Of a stretch of DNA of 64,000 nt, positions 10,273-18,736 are shown piece by piece; position 1 is the first letter of the stretch, and every line of letters begins with the position of its first letter. Under the pieces are notes generated by a model. That model was not told the origin of the DNA and did not search any database. It worked only from the letters and a program-made list of their open reading frames with translations. This stretch comes from Deltaproteobacteria bacterium RIFCSPLOWO2_12_FULL_60_19 (GTDB taxonomy: Bacteria; Desulfobacterota; Binatia; UBA9968). The position numbers and the translations under genes are program-made. The stretch spans positions 33,477-97,476 of the forward strand of contig MGSS01000037.1 in assembly GCA_001798595.1 (NCBI GenBank), written 5' to 3'.

Positions 10273-11391
10273 ATGGCAAAAGCGGCAGAGCAAAAGACAG
10301 CCACCGTCGATGAGGGCGGCAAGACAAGCTACGAGAAGTGGGTCGAAGGGGAAGGAATCCCCGTCATCAAGACCTTCTTCGTCGACGACATCCGCGCGGT
10401 CAAGCTCGAGCCGTGGGGACGCAAAGGCGGCATGGGCGCGTTTTTGCAAATGGAAGGCGCGGGGCAGGTTAACAACTGCTATATCGCCGAGATTCCGCCG
10501 GGAAAAAGTCTCAAGCCGCAGCGCCATCTGTTTGAAGAGACGATCTACGTCGTCAGCGGCCAGGGTGCTACGACGGTGTGGAACGACGAGAATCGAAAGC
10601 AGACCTTCGAGTGGCAGGCGGGCTCGCTTTTCTCTCCGCCGCTCAACGCCTGGCACCAGCACTTCAACGGCAGCGGCAGCCAGCCGGCGCGCTACCTGGC
10701 CGTCACCACCGCGCCGACGATGATCAACCTGCTGCACAACCTGGACTTCATCTTCAATAACGACTTTGCTTTTCAAGACCGCTTCGACGCCCGCGAAGGC
10801 TATTTCAACGGCAAGGGCGTGCACTTTCCCGGCGAATACGAGGGCTTCCGGTTCAACGGCAACGTCTGGGAGACCAACTTTGTGCCCGACACGCGCGGCT
10901 TTAAACTGATGGAGTACAATGTGCGCGGCGCCGGAGGGCGAAACATAAAGTTCGAGCTTTCCGACAACACCACGGCCTGCCACATCTCCGAGTTTCCCGT
11001 CGGCACCTACAAAAAGGCCCACCGCCACGGTCCCGGGGCGCACGTCATCATCTTGGGCGGCACGGGTTACTCTCTCATCTGGCCGGACGGGGAGCCGATC
11101 AAGCGCTACGATTGGCGCGAGGGCAGCATGGTCGTGCCGCCGGAGAACTGGTGGCACCAGCACTTCAACACGGGGAAAGAGCCGGCGCGCTACCTCGCGC
11201 TGCGCGCCTTCGGCAGCAAGAAACACCGCGGGGCCGGCAAGGGATACAAAAGCTCGGTCGATCGAAAAAAGGGCGGCAACCAGATCGAGTACGAAGACGA
11301 GGATCTGATCGTGCGGCGGATGTTCGAGGAGGCGCTGGCGCGCGAAGGCATGGAGAGCCGGATGCAGCCCCACTACGAAAAAAACAAATGA
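10273..11391 (+). CDS. Bicupin protein (gentisate-dioxygenase-like His motifs), paralog 1
   Basis: RHLFEE...WHQHFN and AHRHGPG...WHQHFN cupin motifs; homologous to 39336 and 42944. Confidence 0.85.
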   Translation: MAKAAEQKTATVDEGGKTSYEKWVEGEGIPVIKTFFVDDIRAVKLEPWGRKGGMGAFLQMEGAGQVNNCYIAEIPPGKSLKPQRHLFEETIYVVSGQGATTVWNDENRKQTFEWQAGSLFSPPLNAWHQHFNGSGSQPARYLAVTTAPTMINLLHNLDFIFNNDFAFQDRFDAREGYFNGKGVHFPGEYEGFRFNGNVWETNFVPDTRGFKLMEYNVRGAGGRNIKFELSDNTTACHISEFPVGTYKKAHRHGPGAHVIILGGTGYSLIWPDGEPIKRYDWREGSMVVPPENWWHQHFNTGKEPARYLALRAFGSKKHRGAGKGYKSSVDRKKGGNQIEYEDEDLIVRRMFEEALAREGMESRMQPHYEKNK

Positions 11392-11963
11392 AAGAAGCGA
11401 TTGTAAGAGCGTTCGAGGACAGCGTCCGAACGAAGAAGTCCTTCCTGAAAGAGAACCTGGAGACCCTTCTGACGGTCATCGATCTGATTGCGCAGGCCTT
11501 TATCCGCGGCAACAAGCTCCTGCTGTTCGGCAACGGCGGCAGCGCCGCGGACGCCCAGCACATCGCGGCGGAATTCGTCAACCGCTTCCGCATCGATCGG
11601 CCTCCGCTGCCTGCCTTGGCGCTGACGACCGACACTTCGGCGATCACCAGCATCGCCAACGACTACGATTACAAAGAGATTTTCGCCAAGCAGGTAAAGG
11701 CGCTGGGCAAGGAGGGCGATATTGCCATTGCAATTTCCACCAGCGGCAACGCGGCGAATGTCCTGGCGGCGATCGACGCCTGCAAGAAATTAAAAATCAC
11801 CACGGTCGCGCTGACGGGCGGGGACGGTGGAAAGATGGCCCGCAAGGTGGATCATCTGCTCTGCGTCTCCGAAGGCAAAAACACCGCGCGCATCCAGGAA
11901 ACGCATATCCTCGTCGGCCACGTGATCTGCGAGATGGTGGACCAGAAGCTCTTCTCGGCGTAA
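11388..11963 (+). CDS. gmhA: D-sedoheptulose-7-phosphate isomerase
   Basis: GNGGSAADAQHIAAEF, NDY, ISTSGN, RIQETH; ATGA overlap with cupin stop. Confidence 0.93.
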   Translation: MKEAIVRAFEDSVRTKKSFLKENLETLLTVIDLIAQAFIRGNKLLLFGNGGSAADAQHIAAEFVNRFRIDRPPLPALALTTDTSAITSIANDYDYKEIFAKQVKALGKEGDIAIAISTSGNAANVLAAIDACKKLKITTVALTGGDGGKMARKVDHLLCVSEGKNTARIQETHILVGHVICEMVDQKLFSA

Positions 11964-11976
11964 TTCATTTTTACCG

Positions 11977-12007
11977 TTGCCCAGCCACCTCGTTTCCGTG
12001 CTACAAT
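11977..12007 (+). promoter_or_regulatory. Putative sigma70 extended -10 promoter
   Basis: TGcTACAAT at 11999-12007; weak TTGCCC -35 with 19-nt spacing. Confidence 0.45.
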
Positions 12008-12052
12008 TCGGCACGGGCCGAAATTCCTAGCCAAACATAGTTGAAATTCTCG

Positions 12053-12221
12053 GTTGAAGTTTGGACTACAGAATCGGAAAAGAGATGACTCGCGCAAATG
12101 CGCAAAGGGCGCCAAGTTCGGAGAAGTATTTCTTTCTTCGCGTTCTTGGCGTCTTGGCGCGATATATTTTGTTGAAGTCGTTTTGTTCAAGATTTAAAGC
12201 GTAAGAAACTAACACTTCAAC
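12053..12221. repeat. MITE-like intergenic element with CGCAAA/CGCCAAG-repeat hairpin
   Basis: GTTGAAGT/ACTTCAAC terminal inverted repeat; internal TCGCGCAAATGCGCAAAGGGCGCCAAG...CTTCGCGTTCTTGGCGTCTTGGCGCGA hairpin at 12090-12162. Confidence 0.55.
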
Positions 12222-13397
12222 ATGCAGTTAGATGTTCTCATCTTCGGCGGGGGGGCGGCGGGCCTGTGGTGCCTCGACCGCTTTCGCCGGGCCGGCTACC
12301 ATGCGATTCTGCTTGAAGCCAAGGCGCTGGGCCGCGGGCAGACGATCCAGGCTCAAGGCATCATTCATGGCGGGGGCAAGTACGGTTTACGCGGCGTGCG
12401 CGATTTTTCCGCGCTCCGAACTACCAGCGCCATGCCCGAGCGCTGGCGGCGCCATCTCGCCGGCGAGATCGAGCCGAATCTCAGCGGCGCGCGCCTGCTC
12501 TCGGACCGTTGCCATCTCTGGCTGCCGCGCGGATCGTCAATCGCCTGGGCCCAGTCGTGGGGCTTTGTGCCGTTGATCGCCAAGGCCGGCCTGCTCGCCA
12601 CCCGACCGCAAAAAGTGCGCCGCGCCGACTGGCCGCAAGCGCTCAGCGGCGCCGCGCTGGCGGTCTACGCGCTCGCCGAGCCGGTTATTTCCACCGGCTC
12701 CTTGCTTCAGGCGCTTGCGGCGCGGCAGCAAAAATTTATTTTTTCCTACGACGCCCCCGCCGTGCGCTTCGCCGGGGCGGAGGTGCGAATCGCGGGCGGC
12801 GTCATTGAGCCCCGCGCCGTTGTGCTTGCGGCCGGCGAGGGAAACGGCGGCTTACTTACGCACATCGACGTGAACGGCGACGTGATGCAGCGCCGCCCAC
12901 TGGGCATGGTGCTCTTGAGAGGAAATCTCCCGCCGCTGTTCGGCCACTGCGTCGTTGGCGGAAAAACCCAGCTTACCATAACGGCGCCGGCCGACGGCAT
13001 CTGGCAGGTCGGCGGTGAAATCGCCGAGCAGCTCGCATCCGAAGAGAACCCGGAGCGCGCTCGGCAGCGGGCGATGGCTGAGATACGACGCCGTCTGCCG
13101 GGCCTGGAGCTTTCCCGAATCGAGATCGCAATCTATCGCGCGGTCCGCGCCGAGGCCCGCACGAGCAACCTCCGGCGGCCCAGCGGCGTGCACGTAAGCC
13201 GCGTGGCGCCGCGCACGGTGGTTGCCTGGCCCACCAAGCTCGCCCTCATCCCCGTCCTGGCCGACGAGGTCTTCGACATCGTGACTATGGAGCTGAGGCA
13301 GCCGGCACGATACGATGCGACGGCGCTGCCGCCGTGGCCGACGCCGCCGGTGGCGCGCTATCCATGGGAGGAGGCCCAATGGTTCCCCGCCCGCTAG
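12222..13397 (+). CDS. FAD-dependent oxidoreductase
   Basis: GGGAAG Rossmann motif, GQTIQAQGIIHGGGKY, WPTKLAL. Confidence 0.88.
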   Translation: MQLDVLIFGGGAAGLWCLDRFRRAGYHAILLEAKALGRGQTIQAQGIIHGGGKYGLRGVRDFSALRTTSAMPERWRRHLAGEIEPNLSGARLLSDRCHLWLPRGSSIAWAQSWGFVPLIAKAGLLATRPQKVRRADWPQALSGAALAVYALAEPVISTGSLLQALAARQQKFIFSYDAPAVRFAGAEVRIAGGVIEPRAVVLAAGEGNGGLLTHIDVNGDVMQRRPLGMVLLRGNLPPLFGHCVVGGKTQLTITAPADGIWQVGGEIAEQLASEENPERARQRAMAEIRRRLPGLELSRIEIAIYRAVRAEARTSNLRRPSGVHVSRVAPRTVVAWPTKLALIPVLADEVFDIVTMELRQPARYDATALPPWPTPPVARYPWEEAQWFPAR

Positions 13398-14146
13398 GCC
13401 GCACGCGCATTCAAGTAAGCCCGATCGGCCTTGGAACGACGAAGCTCGGGCGCAACACCGACGTGAAGTATCCGAAGCCGTTCGAGTTGCCGTCGGATAA
13501 ACAGGTCTACGAATTGCTCGAAACGGCGCTGACGCTCGGCGTGAATCTGATCGATACCGCGCCGGCCTACGGGGAAAGCGAGGCCAGGCTCGGGCCTTTC
13601 GTTGAGAAACAGCGTGACCGCCTGGTGCTGTGCACCAAGTGCGGCGAGAAGTACGAGCATGGACGCTCGACCTATGATTTTTCCGCCGCCGCCGTGGTGG
13701 CTTCGGCTGAAGAAAGCCTGCGTCGCTTGAGAACCGATTGTCTCGACATGCTGCTGCTTCATTCCGACGCGCGGGATGCGGAAATCTTGACTCAGACCGA
13801 CGCGCTCGAAGGGCTTACGCGCATAAAGCAGAGCGGCAAGGCGCGCGCGATAGGAATCTCCGCACGAACGCCGGCGGGGATCGCGGCAGCGTCACGAACG
13901 CTCGACGTCATTATGGCGCCGTTCAGCGAGAGAGAATACGGGCTGGCTGACGCGCTTCAGAAGGCTCACAATGCCGGCCTCGGCGTTCTGGCAATTAAAG
14001 GGCTTTTCAGCGGACATGTGGAAGCGCGGGCGGCGATCGAGTTCGTGCTCCGCCAACCGTTTATCGATGCGCTGATTGTAGGGACGATTAACCCGGCCCA
14101 TCTCAGAGAAGCCGTCGACGCGGCGGAGTCTCAAGAACGGGCGTGA
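13379..14146 (+). CDS. Aldo/keto reductase
   Basis: RPLGRT, IGLGTTKLGR, IDTAPAYG, TKCG, SLRRLRTD, LLH. Confidence 0.9.
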   Translation: MVPRPLGRTRIQVSPIGLGTTKLGRNTDVKYPKPFELPSDKQVYELLETALTLGVNLIDTAPAYGESEARLGPFVEKQRDRLVLCTKCGEKYEHGRSTYDFSAAAVVASAEESLRRLRTDCLDMLLLHSDARDAEILTQTDALEGLTRIKQSGKARAIGISARTPAGIAAASRTLDVIMAPFSEREYGLADALQKAHNAGLGVLAIKGLFSGHVEARAAIEFVLRQPFIDALIVGTINPAHLREAVDAAESQERA

Positions 14147-14150
14147 ACGA

Positions 14151-14234
14151 TTTGTGGGGGCAGACCTATGTGTCTGCCCTGTTCCCATGCGTGCCTGTGC
14201 GGGCCGGGCAATCACACAGGATTGCCCCTACAAA
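14151..14234. repeat. GTAG-type REP doublet (REPIN-like)
   Basis: TGTGGGGGCAGACCTATGTGTCTGCCC ... GGGCAATCACACAGGATTGCCCCTACA: two inverted REP hairpins. Confidence 0.8.
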
Positions 14235-14296
14235 ATGATGATCCCGTTTATTTTGGCAAGGAAGATGAGTGCGCTCGTATCGGTAACGGCGGGCAT
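14228..14296 (-). pseudogene. N-terminal remnant of a DUF3368/PIN-type toxin
   Basis: TAATG-coupled ORF MPAVTDTSALIFLAKINGIIIL* resembling the PIN N-terminal motif; its stop lies in the GTAG of the REP. Confidence 0.65.
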
Positions 14297-14574
14297 TACT
14301 CGGCACGAGCTTTGGCGTCCGATACCTCGCGTTCCAACTTTTCGGGCGTGTAGTTGAATACCGACACGCGGTAGCGGCCGAGACCCACTAAGAAGCTTAC
14401 CCGATCCGTGCCGGCCAGCGCCGCCGCCTTTCCGGAGGAGATCTTACCCAGCTCGTAGAGCTTCACCGCCGCCAGCATTTTTAGCTCTTGGGCAAACTCT
14501 TCCTTGCTCTCGTGAAGAGATAAGCGGACATCCACCGGATACTCCACGCTCACGCTCTCATTGGGTTCGCTCAT
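14296..14574 (-). CDS. UPF0175-family putative antitoxin (HTH)
   Basis: LKMLAAVKLYELGKISSGKAAALAG motif; GAGGAG RBS. Confidence 0.88.
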   Translation of the reverse strand: MSEPNESVSVEYPVDVRLSLHESKEEFAQELKMLAAVKLYELGKISSGKAAALAGTDRVSFLVGLGRYRVSVFNYTPEKLEREVSDAKARAE

Positions 14575-14702
14575 AAGGCGGGCTCCTCTGACAATGAGAA
14601 AGTTTACTTCCCGTCCCGCCGGAAAACAAGAGCCGCTCCGCCTTGAACCTCGCTTTACCCCTGAGGAAATTTCCGTTAGATTGGGCCGGCGAACCATCTC
14701 TT

Positions 14703-15515
14703 ATGGAGCACCGGCTCATCACACTCACCACGGACTTCGGCCACCAGGATCCCTTCGTCGGGATCATGAAGGGCGTGATCTTCAGCATCAACCCCAACGC
14801 CCGGATTATCGACTTGAGCCACGGGATTCCGCCTCAGGACATCAGGGCGGGCGCGCTGGCGCTCTGCCGCTCCGCGCCGTTCTTCCCGCGCGGAACGATC
14901 CACGTCGCCGTCGTCGACCCTGGAGTAGGAAGCGAGCGGAGGCCGATTCTGATCGAGGCCGGGGGCGTTTTTTTTGTCGGTCCGGACAACGGCATTCTGA
15001 GTCTCGCCGGGGAGGGGAAGCGAGTAAACTGGATTATCGATCTGTCGGACGACACCTACCACCTGAAACCCACAAGCGCGACGTTTCACGGACGAGACAT
15101 CTTCGCCCCCGTGGCCGCCCATCTGTCTCTGGGAATCCCCGCTTCGGAGTTCGGCGAGCCTGCGAAGGACTACGTTCGTCTTCGCTTGCCGGAGATTGTC
15201 CGATCCGCCGGCGCTATCCAGGGAGAAGTCCTCTACATCGACAGCTTCGGCAACCTCGTCACTAATATCCGGGAGCGCGACCTGCAAGCGATTCAGCCGC
15301 AGAATAGTTCGATAAGCCTGGGCAACGTGACGATCCACGGGATTTCGCCCAACTATTCCAGCGCCCGGCAGAACGATTACGTCGCTGTAATCAACAGTTG
15401 GGGCCTGCTCGAAATCTCCTGCTTCAAGGGGAACGCCCACCATCGCTCCGGCGCGAATACCGGCGACCGTGTCGAGGTCCGTCTTGGTAAAGACGATCGA
15501 GGACAAACTCCGTGA
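14703..15515 (+). CDS. SAM hydroxide adenosyltransferase / chlorinase-fluorinase family (DUF62)
   Basis: ITLTTDFG, VVDPGVGS, GPDNG, TFHGRDIFAP, IDSFGNLVTN. Confidence 0.93.
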   Translation: MEHRLITLTTDFGHQDPFVGIMKGVIFSINPNARIIDLSHGIPPQDIRAGALALCRSAPFFPRGTIHVAVVDPGVGSERRPILIEAGGVFFVGPDNGILSLAGEGKRVNWIIDLSDDTYHLKPTSATFHGRDIFAPVAAHLSLGIPASEFGEPAKDYVRLRLPEIVRSAGAIQGEVLYIDSFGNLVTNIRERDLQAIQPQNSSISLGNVTIHGISPNYSSARQNDYVAVINSWGLLEISCFKGNAHHRSGANTGDRVEVRLGKDDRGQTP

Positions 15516-16525
15516 CGGAAGAGACCCGCCGGCCGGGAAAAACCCGGCTCCATATTATTTTGTTTCTCATTACGCTGCTGACCACGACGGCAGCCGGGGC
15601 GTTGCAAACGGGCGCCGATCCTCTCGAAGATCCCTGGGCGCTCCTCTCCGGTCTCCCTTTCTCCCTTACGCTGATGTCGATCCTCCTGGTGCATGAGATG
15701 GGTCATTACCTTGTGTCGCGCCACCACGGCGTGAAAGCGACGCTTCCCTACTTCATTCCGGCGCCGTCGTTCATCGGCACCTTCGGCGCGTTCATCAGAA
15801 TGCAGTCTCCTCCGCCGGACCGGCGATCGCTGTTCGATGTGGCCGCGGCCGGCCCTCTGGCCGGTCTGGTGCTTGCGGTTCCTGCGGTGATCGTTGGGTT
15901 GCACCTTTCAACAGTGACCCCGGCGGTGACGCAGAGCGGCGGCATCGCTCTGGGTTCATCTCTGCTGCTCAGCTTCCTCAGCCAAATGACACTCGGCCTG
16001 CTGCCCGACGAAGCAAACATCGCGCTCCATCCGATCGGTTTCGCCGGCTGGATCGGGCTGCTCGTCACAGCGCTAAATCTTTTGCCCGTGGGACAGTTGG
16101 ACGGCGGCCATGTGATCTATGCCCTATTCGGACGGCGATCCATTTGGATAGCGCGCCTCGCGCTGGCGACGATCCTTATGCTCGGCGTGTTGCGCTGGTG
16201 GGACGGCTGGCTCATCTGGGGCGTCTTGCTGCTCTTCTTGGGCGTGCGCCATCCACCGCCTTTGGACCCCTACACCCCGCTCGATTTCAAGCGAAAGGTC
16301 CTCGGCTGGATCACGCTGGCGATGCTCGCCGCGACTTTTACTCCCGTGCCGTTTACAATTTCGGAGCCGGAGGTGTATCAAGAGCAGCACAGCCCCGAGC
16401 CGGACGAGCCGCCGCTGCCGGTGAGAGAACAGGAGGTCTTCGATGAGCGAGAGACTAAGCTGGGATCAGTATTTTATGACCATCACCCGGCAGGTGGCGG
16501 AACGCTCGACCTGCGCCCGAGCTAA
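15512..16525 (+). CDS. Site-2 protease (M50) membrane metalloprotease
   Basis: [23 protein letters not shown]; multiple TM segments. Confidence 0.92.
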   Translation: MTEETRRPGKTRLHIILFLITLLTTTAAGALQTGADPLEDPWALLSGLPFSLTLMSILLVHEMGHYLVSRHHGVKATLPYFIPAPSFIGTFGAFIRMQSPPPDRRSLFDVAAAGPLAGLVLAVPAVIVGLHLSTVTPAVTQSGGIALGSSLLLSFLSQMTLGLLPDEANIALHPIGFAGWIGLLVTALNLLPVGQLDGGHVIYALFGRRSIWIARLALATILMLGVLRWWDGWLIWGVLLLFLGVRHPPPLDPYTPLDFKRKVLGWITLAMLAATFTPVPFTISEPEVYQEQHSPEPDEPPLPVREQEVFDERETKLGSVFYDHHPAGGGTLDLRPS

Positions 16526-16904
16526 GGTCGGCGCGGTCATCGTGCGCGAGAAGAGCATCCTCGCCACCGGCTACAACGGCGCGCCGGCCGGCATGCCGCA
16601 CTGCACCGAGGCGGGCTGCTTGATTTACGAATCCAAGACACCGAACGGCGATACCGAAGAGAACTGCTTTCGCACGATCCACGCCGAGATCAACGCCATC
16701 GCGCAGGCGGCGAAGAACGGCGCGAGCATCAAGGACGCCGCGATCTATATCACCCACACCCCCTGCATCCACTGCCTCAAAGTGCTGGTCAACACCGGCA
16801 TCCGCGACATCTACTACGAGCGCCCCTACAAGCTCCACACGCTGGAGGAAATCCTCCGCCTCACGCAAGTGCGCCTGGAAAAAGTCGACCCGCCGCAAAA
16901 ATAA
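16443..16904 (+). CDS. dCMP deaminase / ComEB family
   Basis: WDQYFM, RSTC, TGYNG, HAEINAI, PCIHC. Confidence 0.93.
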   Translation: MSERLSWDQYFMTITRQVAERSTCARAKVGAVIVREKSILATGYNGAPAGMPHCTEAGCLIYESKTPNGDTEENCFRTIHAEINAIAQAAKNGASIKDAAIYITHTPCIHCLKVLVNTGIRDIYYERPYKLHTLEEILRLTQVRLEKVDPPQK

Positions 16905-16935
16905 AAGGGGCGAGACCGAAGCCCCGCCCCTTTTT
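16903..16935. terminator. Bidirectional intrinsic terminator
   Basis: AAAAGGGGCG...CGCCCCTTTTT between convergent deaminase and atpE. Confidence 0.75.
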
Positions 16936-16953
16936 CCCTGCTCCTCTAAAACC

Positions 16954-17280
16954 CTAGATCTTGCCCTGAAGAAAGAACGCGATAACGAACGCGTAGAGGG
17001 CAAGCGCCTCGATGAAGGCGAGACCGAGAATCATCGGCAGCTGAATCCTGTCTGCCGCATTCGGATTGCGCCCGATGCTTTCCATCGCGGCCGCGGCCAT
17101 ACGTCCCTGGCCTAAAGCCGCGCCGAAAGCGCCGATCGCTATGGCCAACCCGGCGGCGATCGCAAGGGCAGCCTTGGTATTCGAATCCCCGGCCGCTCCG
17201 GCGGTTTCCGCCGCCGCCATGGCGACGCCGGAAAACAAAACTACCAGCGTTACAATCGCCAACGACACTATCTTTCGCAT
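16954..17280 (-). CDS. atpE: ATP synthase F0 subunit c
   Basis: [10 protein letters not shown] loop, FIEALALY; N-terminal hydrophobic extension. Confidence 0.93.
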   Translation of the reverse strand: MRKIVSLAIVTLVVLFSGVAMAAAETAGAAGDSNTKAALAIAAGLAIAIGAFGAALGQGRMAAAAMESIGRNPNAADRIQLPMILGLAFIEALALYAFVIAFFLQGKI

Positions 17281-17356
17281 CTTTTACCTCCTTTCCAGCG
17301 GATGATCATGCCTCTTCCATCTCCTCTCTCATCATCCTCGCCGCAAGGCGATCCGC

Positions 17357-18064
17357 TCAGTGCTCATGGCTGATAGCCATGGCGACATAAATCACGCTAA
17401 GTATGGTAAAGACCGCAGCCTGTATGACTGAAACCAACGTGCCCAAAATATAAAACAGCACGGGAACGACGAGCTTGGTCAAGTTGCTGAAGATCTCCAG
17501 CACTAGATGATCGCCGAACATGTTGCCGTAAAGACGTATGGAAAGAGAAACGGGCCGGAATACGTGGGAAAACAGTTCTATGACAATAAAGAGTGGCGCA
17601 AGAAAAAGCACCGGTCCCATGAACTGCTTGAAGTAACCCGCTCCATGCTCGCGGACGCCGAAATAGTGGTAGGCGACGAACACGATAAGTCCCATGCCTA
17701 AATTATTCAAAAAACTGCTCGTCGGAGGCGTAAAGCCGGGAATCAGGCCGGAGAGGTTGGCGAGCAATATGAACAGGAACAAGCTGCCGAAGAGGGGCAC
17801 ATACTTGCGGCCTTTCTTTCCGATGATGCTATCGCTCAACCCAACGACGATCTCGACCAGGACTTCCATCGCGTTCCTAACGCTGAGGCGCTCCTCGGGA
17901 ACGACCGGATCTTTGGCGCTCGACACGGACCGCCTGAAAACAAAGGCGAGCGCCACCAACGCTCCCATGACGACAAGTGCAGTGAAATTAGTTTCGCCCA
18001 GCAAACTCAGGGGATACGGCAGGAATGGATGTATAGCCGAGTGCCAGGTAAAAGGATGCTCCAT
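17357..18064 (-). CDS. atpB: ATP synthase F0 subunit a
   Basis: NLSGLIPG, RPVSLSIRLYGNMFGDH, QAAVFTIL. Confidence 0.95.
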   Translation of the reverse strand: MEHPFTWHSAIHPFLPYPLSLLGETNFTALVVMGALVALAFVFRRSVSSAKDPVVPEERLSVRNAMEVLVEIVVGLSDSIIGKKGRKYVPLFGSLFLFILLANLSGLIPGFTPPTSSFLNNLGMGLIVFVAYHYFGVREHGAGYFKQFMGPVLFLAPLFIVIELFSHVFRPVSLSIRLYGNMFGDHLVLEIFSNLTKLVVPVLFYILGTLVSVIQAAVFTILSVIYVAMAISHEH

Positions 18065-18442
18065 TTATCCACCTACCGAAAGGGTCCAGAGTCTTTCAAA
18101 AACAATCGCGATCAGCAGAGACGAAAAGCCGAGCGTAAATGACAGGGGGTCCAATTGGATCCGCAAAAACAAGGCGGCAACCAAACCCAAAAATAGTCCC
18201 ATCTTCAGTATCAGCAAAAGAATTCCCGTCCTTACTCTTCCCTTGCCGGCAAATGGAGTCAGGACCCATCTTATGCCGCAACTCAAAAGTAAAAAGTTTA
18301 CGCCCATGAATAGGGCGCCGGCAAAGAGCGCCCCAGGCTGCGCGATGCGCGTCGGAACCAACGCGAGCCACAGGCCGGCAACAAGCATCGCGTGCAGCGC
18401 CTCGATGCGAACGACCGTCGGTCCTAGAGCGTAATTCCTCAT
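18065..18442 (-). CDS. atpI: ATP synthase protein I (4 TM)
   Basis: Four hydrophobic helices, position upstream of atpB. Confidence 0.75.
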   Translation of the reverse strand: MRNYALGPTVVRIEALHAMLVAGLWLALVPTRIAQPGALFAGALFMGVNFLLLSCGIRWVLTPFAGKGRVRTGILLLILKMGLFLGLVAALFLRIQLDPLSFTLGFSSLLIAIVFERLWTLSVGG

Positions 18443-18702
18443 CTTTTGTCCGTCTCACCTTGGGCAAAATATTTTAGATACTTGAGTAATCGAAACACCG
18501 CTCCGACAAAGCCCAACACGGCCGCGGCGACGGTAATCCACGGAGACGTACCAAACTGCCGATCGATCACGTAACCGACGACGAGTGAGCCTACGATTGT
18601 GCTCGGGATCTCCAGACCGATCGCGAGGTACTTGGCTATTTTGGCGAAGGGGAGATTAATTTTCCCCGGTTCCCCGCCAGGCCGCTGAGCGCCTTGCCCC
18701 AC
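18439..18702 (-). CDS. AtpZ/AtpI-family small membrane protein
   Basis: GYVIDRQFGTSPW motif, two TM helices, first gene of F0 operon. Confidence 0.8.
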   Translation of the reverse strand: MGQGAQRPGGEPGKINLPFAKIAKYLAIGLEIPSTIVGSLVVGYVIDRQFGTSPWITVAAAVLGFVGAVFRLLKYLKYFAQGETDKR

Positions 18703-18736
18703 TTCGCAGAAGGTCTATCATGCGGGCGCTTCCACT

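Noticed and set aside
11112-11387. N-terminal extensions in the ORF track for gmhA (and likewise parB, bactofilin, ALDH, aldolase, DUF62, UPF0175)
   Set aside because: Upstream in-frame starts overlap other genes or repeats; downstream starts match family N-termini and, in most cases, RBSs.
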